From Chloroflexota bacterium (lineage in GTDB: Bacteria > Chloroflexota > UBA11872 > VXOZ01), in the NCBI GenBank assembly GCA_965216245.1, contig OZ244145.1, positions 1,804,097-1,868,096 of the forward strand: DNA of 64,000 nucleotides. Reading direction: 5' to 3'. A program made the position numbers and the translations under genes. Positions within the stretch are counted from its first letter, which is position 1. Each line of letters starts with the position of its first letter. The notes beneath the pieces were generated by a model, which searched no databases, was not told the origin of the DNA, and worked only from the letters and a program-made list of their open reading frames with translations. Positions 9,940 to 17,906 of this stretch are shown here, one piece after another.

Positions 9940-11529
9940 CTATAATGACCATACCGTTTGCGGCAATCCAGGCTGTGTCATAGGCTTGCCAGTGAATGGG
10001 TCTAACATAGGTGGCACATGCGGCCTACGCCGGTCAAAATAGTCTTGAATCGACCATAGTCCAACACGTGGGTATCGTTCTGCTCCCACCACAACATTGC
10101 CCATCCTAGCAACGTCGCTTTGTGCGCTTGGAGTAGAAACAGATTCTAGCGTGATAAACAGGCCAAGCGCGGCATCTTCCATACCTACCACGCCTATGAA
10201 GTCGCGTAATTGCGAGAGTGAGAAGTGTCCGCTTTTGACTTGCGCCAGCACTAGCCTTGACTTCGTATTGTCCGGCTCTACAAGCATCATGCCACGCCCG
10301 TCTATCCCGCCATCTCCAGTCTTTTTCTTGTTCGGCACAAGTCCAGGGACTAGATAAATGGCCCACGATTCGAAGTCAAAGCGGTTGAGTTCTGCAAGCC
10401 GTCTAGCTGAGGCAAGGTCTGCCGGAATGCCCTCAATATGCGCCGTCACACCTAATGGCTTCAAGCGATATTCCTGCACTAAGTCAATGGCAAATGACGA
10501 AATGTCTATTCCGGCCCATCGCCTACCTAATCGCTGCGCCGCGTCAACGGTAGTACCGCAACCTGCAAAAGGGTCAAGGACAAGATCACCAGGATTGCTG
10601 GATGCTTCGATGATGCGCTCTAGTAAGGCGCGTGGCTTTTGTGTGGGATAGCCTAGGCGCTCTTTGGCTTGTGAGTTCACTGGTGGAATGTCAATCCATA
10701 CATCGGTGGTTGGTTTCCCAGGTGTGTCTTCAAGGTAACGCTTATATCTAGGCATGTTGGTTCTTGTGAAGACTATCCGACCTTTGGCCATGAGATCGTC
10801 AATTCTGTCTTGATCCCATGCCCAATGACGCCCAGAAGGGGGATCAAGTAGCCTATTGCCAAACCTTCGAGCTGGTCCTGACCCAGACCCATGTGCGGCG
10901 ACAAGCTGATAACGTCTTCCATCTTCATCTACGAGTCTGTAGTGACTCTCAATGTAGCTCAGATCATGCGGTTGGTATTGAGGATTCCACTGCACCTTTC
11001 CGGTCTTAGAATAGTAAAGGATCGTATCGTGAACCGAATTGTAGTTGCTAGCTCCTCCGTGAGAAAGTGATCGCTGCCAAATGACCTCACGACGAAAGTT
11101 CCCATTTCCAAACACCGAGTCCATAACCGCTTTGAGGTAGTGTGAAGCGTAAGGATCGCAATGAAGATAGATACTGCCAGTAGGTTTCAAGAGACGCTGC
11201 ATTTCTGCAAGCCGTTCAGCCATATAGGTGAGGTAGGCAAGCATCCCCGACTCGCCAAGCATGAAATGTAAGCCGTGAATGACTTGGTGCGCAGGATGCG
11301 CTATGGCATTCAGGATTGCTTCGGTGCGCTCGGCGGCTTTGTCGTCCCAATGCCACGTATCGGTGAACGCCCGCATTTGTGCAGGCACGTTGTTCTCGGT
11401 GCCAAAGAGGATATTGTAGTCGGTGTTGGAGTTGAACGGGGGATCGAGATATATGAGGTCTACGCACTCGCTCGGCCACTTGCGCATCCAGTCAAGGCAA
11501 TCACCATAATAAAGTGTTTGCGGTGTCAT
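9940..11529 (-). CDS. beta-class (PF01555-like) DNA methyltransferase fused to a C-terminal Mrr-like restriction-endonuclease domain
   Basis: DPPF motif IV near the N-terminus, DPFAGCGTT motif I later (beta order). C-terminal GDGGIDG...AQVKS matches the Mrr catalytic-domain signature. Confidence 0.8.
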   Translation of the reverse strand: MTPQTLYYGDCLDWMRKWPSECVDLIYLDPPFNSNTDYNILFGTENNVPAQMRAFTDTWHWDDKAAERTEAILNAIAHPAHQVIHGLHFMLGESGMLAYLTYMAERLAEMQRLLKPTGSIYLHCDPYASHYLKAVMDSVFGNGNFRREVIWQRSLSHGGASNYNSVHDTILYYSKTGKVQWNPQYQPHDLSYIESHYRLVDEDGRRYQLVAAHGSGSGPARRFGNRLLDPPSGRHWAWDQDRIDDLMAKGRIVFTRTNMPRYKRYLEDTPGKPTTDVWIDIPPVNSQAKERLGYPTQKPRALLERIIEASSNPGDLVLDPFAGCGTTVDAAQRLGRRWAGIDISSFAIDLVQEYRLKPLGVTAHIEGIPADLASARRLAELNRFDFESWAIYLVPGLVPNKKKTGDGGIDGRGMMLVEPDNTKSRLVLAQVKSGHFSLSQLRDFIGVVGMEDAALGLFITLESVSTPSAQSDVARMGNVVVGAERYPRVGLWSIQDYFDRRRPHVPPMLDPFTGKPMTQPGLPQTVWSL

Positions 11530-11541
11530 GACTGTTCCCGC

Positions 11542-11694
11542 CTACTTTTTCTTCTTCGGCGGCGGACTCTTTAGCACAGCGCGGGCCACGTCCTTGACCG
11601 GCGCATCAATGCGCGGTGGCATTGTCTTAGTGACAGGTCTCCCCACCTTGCCTTTGCCTAATGCTCTAGTCGCTTTGGGCTTGGGATTATCCAT
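11542..11694 (-). CDS. conserved 50-aa basic micro-ORF (KGKVGRPVTK AT-hook-like), first gene of the MTase operon
   Basis: Found by hand-translation; it is below the ORF-track size cutoff. It is 80% identical to the micro-ORF at 19608..19739 in the same position of copy 2. Stop lies 12 nt before the MTase ATG. Confidence 0.45.
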   Translation of the reverse strand: MDNPKPKATRALGKGKVGRPVTKTMPPRIDAPVKDVARAVLKSPPPKKKK

Positions 11695-11710
11695 AGTGGC
11701 GGCCTTTCGC

Positions 11711-11723
11711 GGGGGGGGGGGGG
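11711..11723. repeat. G13 homopolymer tract in the leader of the micro-ORF/MTase operon (C13 on the coding strand)
   Basis: Read directly from the sequence; the orthologous position in copy 2 is C5 (GGTAACCCCCGGCG). Confidence 0.9.
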
Positions 11724-11742
11724 TTACCTATTTACACTGTAA

Positions 11743-11754
11743 ACAGTATACTGT
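11743..11754. promoter_or_regulatory. perfect 12-bp palindrome ACAGTATACTGT in the divergent promoter region of the cargo module
   Basis: Seen in the sequence. In copy 2 (19547..19559) the corresponding dyad ACAGTATACTGTT has two mismatches at this position, but a near-identical shifted perfect 12-bp palindrome is present. Candidate operator. Confidence 0.4.
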
Positions 11755-11865
11755 ATTTGTAAGCGTTCTTTTGAAGAGTAACACGGGAATGAGAAACACA
11801 AAGGAGAAAGGCAATGCGAACCAAAGAGGAGACCTACCTGACAGCCATGGTAGGAGTGAGGGGGT

Positions 11866-12417
11866 ATGGCTGAATGGCTAGACGATGGACGCGTAATAGT
11901 TGGCCTATTTAGCGCCGGAGCGATACTGGTTGTCGCTCTCGTTGGCGGAGTTATCAAGCTTTGCCTTTGGATTGGCAGCACTGGCACCGATGTGAACAAT
12001 CTAGAAAAGTCCGCCGGAGAAGATCGGTCTACCTTCAAGGACATTGCAGGGGAGATCAAGAAGGATATAGATATAATTAGTGCAGATATCAAAGGCATCC
12101 TTGGCAGACTCTCGCCTTTAGACCCTCTTGTCCAAAAGGCCAGCCCGCTTCAATTGACTGAAACTGGCAAGAAAACCTCCCAGGCACTAAAGGCTAGAGA
12201 ATGGGCAGAAGAACTAGCACCCGGACTGCATGACCAACTGAAAGACAAAGAGGACTTCGAAGTCGATGCATTTTGCCAGAAGTACGTTCTCCGAAAACTG
12301 GCTCCGGCAACGGAAACACGTGTGTTGCGACGCGCCTACGAAACTGGCACTGAAGAGGCAGATATCAGAAAAGTGCTAGCAGTCGTCCTTAGAGACGAAT
12401 TGCTATCGTACCGTTAG
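11866..12417 (+). CDS. small membrane-anchored coiled-coil protein of the cargo module (unknown function)
   Basis: N-terminal TM helix followed by a coiled-coil region. The C-terminal 60 aa (EDFEVD.FCQ...RKVL.VVLRDELLSYR) are conserved with ORF 18911..19444. Confidence 0.6.
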   Translation: MAEWLDDGRVIVGLFSAGAILVVALVGGVIKLCLWIGSTGTDVNNLEKSAGEDRSTFKDIAGEIKKDIDIISADIKGILGRLSPLDPLVQKASPLQLTETGKKTSQALKAREWAEELAPGLHDQLKDKEDFEVDAFCQKYVLRKLAPATETRVLRRAYETGTEEADIRKVLAVVLRDELLSYR

Positions 12418-12428
12418 GCGGATGTGTG

Positions 12429-12470
12429 AAAGACAGAAGCCCCCGCGTCATTGCGGGGGCTTCTGTCTTT
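12429..12470. terminator. 18-bp-stem hairpin between the convergent small-protein gene and the transposase
   Basis: AAAGACAGAAGCCCCCGC-GTCATT-GCGGGGGCTTCTGTCTTT. The copy-2 equivalent has compensatory A/T changes that preserve the stem. Confidence 0.6.
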
Positions 12471-13409
12471 CTACGCAATCAAGTCTTGGTACCGCAGGCG
12501 CTTGCCCTGCATGTTCTGCACCATGTGGCGCATTTGGTCTATCGTGTTCGCGGGCCGGTCATTGTGCCGTCCGGAAAACTCACTCACGTAGCGGTCTAGG
12601 TGCTTCACGCTCATGTGGTGGTAGGTTCCCACGTAGCCGCGCTTCAAGAGAGACCAGAACGATTCGATGCCGTTGGTGTGAATTTGCTCACGTACGTACT
12701 CGCGGGCGGTGTGCCTGACTGTCTCATGCTCTACGTTGCCCAATCCCCGATATCCGCCATGATCGTCGGTAATGACTTTGGAGCCAGCTTTCACCTTATC
12801 GTTGACAAAGCCCTCTAGCGTCTCGCTGTCCGTGGCGGGGATGGAGATTGCAGACACTTTGTTGGACTCTCGCTCTTTGGCACCGATCACTGGTGTCTTG
12901 CCTACCGGCCCGCGCCCCGCGTTCAGCTTCTTGGATGCGTGTTTGTTGCGTTCCTTGCCGCCCATATACGTCTCATCAATCTCAGTGGTTCCAGCAAACG
13001 GCTCAATCTCATTGTCCCACGCCCTGCGGATTCTGTGAGCCATGTGCCAAGCGGTCTTTTGTGTCACATTGATATCGCGGTGCAATTTCATGCTGGAAGT
13101 ACCCTTGACGCCTGTAGTCATGAGATACATCGCCATCGCCCACTTGCGGTAGCCGATCTTGCTGGACTGCATCACCGTGCCGGTCTTGACCGAAAAGAAC
13201 TTGCGGCAATCGGAGCAATGGTATGGCATGGTAGGATGGTTGCCTTTGGCTCCCACGCGCTCGCCATTGCAGTATGCGCAGCGCAAACCGTCCGGCCAAC
13301 GTTCGCTAACAAACCACTGTTCGGCAGTTTCGTCATTCGGGAACATCTCGTGCAATTCGAGCAAGGATATACCCTTGCGGTAGTGCTTGCCAGGTGCTTT
13401 ATTCGCCAT
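12471..13409 (-). CDS. IS1595-family (ISXO2-like) transposase
   Basis: N-terminal zinc ribbon (C-x2-C...C-x2-C) and DDE domain layout typical of IS1595. 97% identical to ORF 17907..18857. Confidence 0.9.
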   Translation of the reverse strand: MANKAPGKHYRKGISLLELHEMFPNDETAEQWFVSERWPDGLRCAYCNGERVGAKGNHPTMPYHCSDCRKFFSVKTGTVMQSSKIGYRKWAMAMYLMTTGVKGTSSMKLHRDINVTQKTAWHMAHRIRRAWDNEIEPFAGTTEIDETYMGGKERNKHASKKLNAGRGPVGKTPVIGAKERESNKVSAISIPATDSETLEGFVNDKVKAGSKVITDDHGGYRGLGNVEHETVRHTAREYVREQIHTNGIESFWSLLKRGYVGTYHHMSVKHLDRYVSEFSGRHNDRPANTIDQMRHMVQNMQGKRLRYQDLIA

Positions 13410-13515
13410 CGTTACCCTCGTTTGCTGCTCAATTCCTACTCTCTAATTATAGCAGCAAAGTAAACATATGGCAAGGGATTTCAGGTACTTTCGTTTACTT
13501 ACGTATATAATTCCC

Positions 13516-13797
13516 CTTCCGAGGGAGCCAGTTGACACGTTCAACAAGCTTTGGGAGGATGAAGCAGAGGTAGTATTGTATGGATGGCCTATCGGACTGG
13601 GTTCAAGTGATTGTCGCTATCGTGGCGCTCTTGGGTCTACTTTGGCGATTGAAACCCGCATCTCAGGATTAGAATCACGCTTAGGTGAGCGCATTGCCCA
13701 TCTTGAAGCAAGTTCCGCTGGCTTGTCGAGTCGGCTTTCGCGGATTGAAAACGTGCTGGACCAGTTCTTGATGCGGACTGGCAGGGGGGAGCAATGA
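13516..13797 (+). pseudogene. 5'-clipped small coiled-coil protein gene; its original start and first 5 codons remain at 9892..9908 on the other side of transposon copy 1
   Basis: Joining 9892..9908 to 13524.. with one TSD copy removed gives a continuous ORF MTLLPREPVD... The ORF-track entry 13468..13797 is a fusion that starts inside the transposon IR. Confidence 0.5.
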
Positions 13798-14129
13798 AAG
13801 TACCCAGTGGGGATAGCATGCTGGAAGAGGTCACCGGAAATATCATAGAGCTTTGCCAGCATAATGATGTTCCTCATACAACTGGTATCATTCACAGCGA
13901 TGGCAAGAACATTGACTTCGAGATATATGGGGTGCCTGAGAATCCTAAGCACCAGAATGCTCGTGATGCATACGCTGCGAAGCGTGTCGTTACCTTAGTA
14001 GGTTTATTGCTGAGTTATTTGAAAGAGTATGAATCTGTGCGCACATACGTAACAGCCGGGAGAATCATGGCTGAATGTTCCGGAGAGCCGACGACTTACC
14101 TGGATGTCTCAGAAGTGCGTGTACTGTAG
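13794..14129 (+). CDS. hypothetical protein (111 aa)
   Basis: ATGA start/stop overlap with the upstream small gene suggests translational coupling. No recognisable domain. Confidence 0.45.
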   Translation: MKVPSGDSMLEEVTGNIIELCQHNDVPHTTGIIHSDGKNIDFEIYGVPENPKHQNARDAYAAKRVVTLVGLLLSYLKEYESVRTYVTAGRIMAECSGEPTTYLDVSEVRVL

Positions 14130-14658
14130 TCCCTGCACAGACTCGTAGTCTGGGGTAGCATAGTGGGCGCAGGAAATCTGGATTTGGTTGTCCTTGCGGC
14201 AAGGCCGTCTTGGTGGTCGACATTGGCCGAGTTGTTGCTAGGCCGGTAACATTGTGGATCTCTGGCAGGAACAGGTTGTTTCTGTCGCAAGTCTTTGCGG
14301 TGCCATATTCTCCCTTTCCCTCTCATATTCAGGCTGTCTTCTCTTGGCTACTCTTAGGCGCATTGTTCCGCAGATAAGCTAACCGCTTTATTTGGTGGCT
14401 TTAGCCAGACCTACTCAGTCTTGAACTACTGATTGCGCGGAAGTTCTACGAAACTATGTGCTCTTTGCAAGATATTGCGGACGCAGTGCGCCCCGCTAAG
14501 AAGAAGAACTTTGGATGGTTTTCCACCCTAGGCGCCAGGAAATGTGTCGAATTGCATCATATCTTCTGGGTCCTGAACGCGTATTAGCGGCTCGCCTAGG
14601 CGTAGAATGCTTGGGCGGGTGCTCTTGAGAGTGTGGGGGCAGTCCCAGGTAGAGTTGC

Positions 14659-15846
14659 TCATTGAGGGAGAGTCACCGTATCGTCCGCGACACGCAGGAT
14701 TTGTGCCGAATCCAGGACGTTCTGCGAGAATTGCCGGAGGTCGGAGGTGGTGGCGAACACTTGGACGTTGGGAGCAAGGGACGCGAGGACGTGTTGGCGG
14801 CGCTGGGCATCCAGTTCGGAGAGAAAATCATCCAGGAGAATGACCGGCCACTCGCCGGACTCCGCGTGGAGCAGGGAGACCTCAGTGAGCTTGAGGGTGA
14901 GGGCTGCCAGCCGTTGTTCGCCGCGCGAGCCGAAGGTAGCCAGAGGGTGGTCGCTGCGTAGGAAGGTAAGATCGTCACGATGCGGGCCCACGACCGTGAC
15001 CGCTTGAGCGCGCTCGCGGGGCGCCTGCTCCTCAAGGGCGGCTGAAAACGCTGACTGAATCTCTGCCAGCCAGGCTTGCGGTAAAGCGCTGCTGCGAAGC
15101 TCGGCGGGGAGGGGCGGAGTCGCTGGGAGCGGCACGGTCGATTCGTAGCGGAGGCGCAGGTCGGTAGCAGATCCTATGAGCGTGTCGTAGCGGGTGGAGA
15201 GTGGTTCCGCTACGTGTTCAACGAAGACCACGCGGAGGGCAGTAATCGATGCCCCCAAAGTCGTAAGCTCTCGGTTCCATGCTGCGAGCTGGCGCTGGTC
15301 GCGGGTCGATCCGTCGCGCAGGGCGCGCAACAGTGCGTTTCGCTCCGCCATCACGTGCTCGTAGCTTTGCAGCATGCGTAAGTAGCGCGAATCAATGCGG
15401 CTGAGCAGGTAGTCGAGATAGCGCCGCCGGCTACTGGGTGGACCGTCCACCAACGCAATATCATGGGGCGTAAACAGGACAACGTGCAGGTGTTGCAGGA
15501 GGCTCGAGGCGCGACGGGGCACGCCGCCTATGCGGATGCGCTTGCTAAACGCGGAGTCTTGTTGTTCGGCGGCCCAGATCACCTCTAGCGAGGTTTCATG
15601 ATCCCCGGCCCCTACTTCTCCGGCCACCCGTGTGTAGGGGCGCTCCGGATCGGGCGCGAAGCTGCGCATTTCCATATCGGAACGGGCCCGGAAGGAACGG
15701 CCTGTGGCTAGGCAGTGAATGGCTTCAAGGATATTCGATTTCCCAGCGCCGTTAGGGCCCGTGAAGATCGTCAACCCCTGCGCGAGCGAGAGCGTGGCGG
15801 AGCGATAGTTACGGAAGTTGGTGAGGGAAAGCGCGCTGAGATACAC
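14659..15846 (-). CDS. recF: DNA replication and repair protein RecF
   Basis: Walker A GPNGAGKSN near the N-terminus and SMC-like architecture; matches RecF length and motifs. Confidence 0.9.
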   Translation of the reverse strand: MYLSALSLTNFRNYRSATLSLAQGLTIFTGPNGAGKSNILEAIHCLATGRSFRARSDMEMRSFAPDPERPYTRVAGEVGAGDHETSLEVIWAAEQQDSAFSKRIRIGGVPRRASSLLQHLHVVLFTPHDIALVDGPPSSRRRYLDYLLSRIDSRYLRMLQSYEHVMAERNALLRALRDGSTRDQRQLAAWNRELTTLGASITALRVVFVEHVAEPLSTRYDTLIGSATDLRLRYESTVPLPATPPLPAELRSSALPQAWLAEIQSAFSAALEEQAPRERAQAVTVVGPHRDDLTFLRSDHPLATFGSRGEQRLAALTLKLTEVSLLHAESGEWPVILLDDFLSELDAQRRQHVLASLAPNVQVFATTSDLRQFSQNVLDSAQILRVADDTVTLPQ

Positions 15847-15938
15847 GGTGCGTCCTTCTGACTGCTGCAGGGTGAATTGGGCAATGTTTCACGTGAAACA
15901 TACCGGGTTGCCGGTGCGGCAAAGCCGGCGCAGACCGG

Positions 15939-16868
15939 CTAACCCTCGCGCCAGGGCGGCACGTCCCAGGTATTCACCCACTCCCATTCCCACTCAATGC
16001 GCTTCTCCGGTAACTTGAGCGCATATTCGATGCCGGCCGTAAAGGGGAGCACCTGGGTCTGCGGGCCGACTTTCTCGCGGTAATACTCAATGAACGCACC
16101 GACGTCACTTGCGTTTGGCGGCCAGTGCCCCTCCGGTACCGGGTCCGACTTTCGGTCGGTGCGGTAGTGCACGGGGATCAAGGCATACGGCCGTATGTAG
16201 TCCACGAAATCCTCGAGTTCGGTCGATTGGTGTTCCGCACTCGTCGGCGAGAGGCCGAGCTTCATGTGAATGGCAAAGTCCACCCGCCCGCGCAACGCCT
16301 GCATCGCCGGATAGGCAGCCCACGCGTCGCCAATGTGTAGAAAAGAGAGATTCAAGGCTTTGTGGGTAACCAGGAATCCTAGGTTTGGCAGATCAGGGCG
16401 CTGGTTCTCGCCGCTCTCGATGGTTTCCACGTGAAGCGCGCCAAGATCAACCTCGGTTGAGCCGGGAAACTCCCGCACGTGAACCGTGCCCGCCCACGGC
16501 CTGCCCCGCTGCATTTCGTTCTGATGCTTTGGATACATCACCTGTATCTTCTCCGCCGGCACGTGCTTCGTAATCGGCAAGTCGCGTGAAAACGCGGCGT
16601 CGCCATACTTCTCGTCAATCGGCTCGTCCGGCCACAAAGCGCCCGGCGGCACGAAGAGCGTCTTAAAACGCTCGCCCTGGCACAGCTTGCGGAGAGTCTT
16701 CGGATGGCAGTGGTCGAAGTGCTCGTGACTGATGAAGATGTAATCGTAGATGGGCTGCGCGTTGTCGAGGTTTTCGCCAAAGAGATACGGGTCGAAGGCG
16801 ATGTTCACATCGCCAAAGCGCACGTCAAATGCCCCACACCCCCACCACCGCAGCCAAATTCGTTCCAT
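15939..16868 (-). CDS. MBL-fold metallo-hydrolase
   Basis: HEHFDH (HxHxDH) motif. Confidence 0.75.
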   Translation of the reverse strand: MERIWLRWWGCGAFDVRFGDVNIAFDPYLFGENLDNAQPIYDYIFISHEHFDHCHPKTLRKLCQGERFKTLFVPPGALWPDEPIDEKYGDAAFSRDLPITKHVPAEKIQVMYPKHQNEMQRGRPWAGTVHVREFPGSTEVDLGALHVETIESGENQRPDLPNLGFLVTHKALNLSFLHIGDAWAAYPAMQALRGRVDFAIHMKLGLSPTSAEHQSTELEDFVDYIRPYALIPVHYRTDRKSDPVPEGHWPPNASDVGAFIEYYREKVGPQTQVLPFTAGIEYALKLPEKRIEWEWEWVNTWDVPPWREG

Positions 16869-16974
16869 GTGTTTTCCTCTGTCCCACTGTGCTCGCTGCT
16901 TTACGAACGGACTTAGTAGTTCTCGGCTTGACTAACTAAACGTAGTTTAGCCAATATGTTTAGGAGGTAAAGCC

Positions 16975-17145
16975 ATGAACGTACTAACCATAGCAGACCG
17001 TTTTCCAAATGGGCAATCCTGTGTCGAGATTCTTGAGCGGGTCAAGTGGCAGGGCGTGCCAAGGTGCCCATTCTGTGATAGCGAGGACGTAGAGCGCAAG
17101 CATGAAAACGAGATCGTCGGCCGGTGGAACCGCTGCAATCATTAA
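16975..17145 (+). pseudogene. remnant of an IS1595-family transposase N-terminal zinc-ribbon domain (56 codons)
   Basis: Hand-translated: MNVLTIADRFPNGQSCVEILERVKWQGVPRCPFCDSEDVERKHENEIVGRWNRCNH. It parallels the FPNDETAEQWF..WPDGLRCAYC N-terminus of the intact transposases, then terminates. Confidence 0.45.
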
Positions 17146-17252
17146 TCTCCCCATCCAGTCCAGGAAAATCGGAGGATTAATGGCTTAATTTTGGCCCTTC
17201 GGACTCTGCTAAACTAGGCCTTGTCACACCTCAACCAATATGTGGGTGCCTT

Positions 17253-17812
17253 ATGTACCGCATACCTGTACTTTTCTTGTTCCTGTTCATCGCATTGTTT
17301 CCCACCACCGCATCCGCCGCCGACTGCGAGTTCGTGCACGGCTTTGCGACCCTGCGCAATCTCATCGGTCACGAGATTGTGGGCGAATGCCTGGAGAACG
17401 AGCACTACAACGCCATCGGCGATAGCAACCAACAAACCACGGGCGGCCTACTGGCCTGGCGCAAGGTAGATAACTGGACTGCCTTCACTGACGGCTATCG
17501 CACCTGGATCAACGGGCCGAACGGGCTGGAACAACGCCTAAACACCGAACGCTTCGAGTGGGAGCAAGACCCGCCTGCGCCAGCTCCTGAGCCGACACCG
17601 GTTCCAACGCCGGCACCCGTAGCTGTCGAGTGCCCGGATGGGGACACCGTGCGGGGACTAGTGTCTGAGTCTCTGCAAATTAGCGGCATGCGCGGAGACC
17701 TTTTGAAGAAGTGGATGTACCAGCTAAGCGTGGGGATCGACAGCGTCGAATGGGCTTGTGCGTGGTTCTACTACTTGGGTTATGGGCCGGATAACAAGTG
17801 GGTCTTTGTAAA
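17253..17812 (+). pseudogene. 5' portion of a secreted modular HExxH-protein gene interrupted by transposon copy 2
   Basis: Signal peptide plus N-domain paralogous to 8468..9769. The reading frame continues exactly into 21520.. once copy 2 and one TSD are removed. Confidence 0.65.
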
Positions 17813-17906
17813 GGGAATTATATACGAAAGTAAACGAAACTGCCAAGAATCCCTTGACCGCTGTTTACTTTACTGCTATAATTAGAGAGTAGGAATTGAG
17901 CAGCAA

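Larger units (their letters stand above)
9909..13515 (-). mobile_element. IS1595-family cargo transposon copy 1 (3607 bp) with 23-25 bp terminal inverted repeats and 8-bp TSD CTTCCGAG
   Basis: IR GGGAATTATATACGAAAGTAAAC at 9909 and its reverse complement ending at 13515. Direct repeat CTTCCGAG at 9901..9908 and 13516..13523. Contains a transposase plus a 3-gene passenger module. Confidence 0.8.

Noticed and set aside
11731-11762. LexA/SOS box in the transposon divergent promoter (CTGT...ACAG pattern)
   Set aside because: The spacing is CTGT-N2-ACAG, not the CTGT-N8-ACAG of gammaproteobacterial boxes, and there is no GAAC-N4-GTTC Cheo box. It is treated only as a generic palindrome.
11528-11881. 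117-aa plus-strand ORF spanning the divergent promoter of copy 1
   Set aside because: It runs through the G13 tract, palindrome and leader. It has poly-Phe/Gly low-complexity translation and no counterpart in copy 2, so it is judged spurious.
13516-17812. The idea that the segment between the two transposon copies has already been inverted
   Set aside because: Each copy is flanked by its own matching 8-bp duplication. An inversion by recombination between the two copies would have exchanged the flanks.
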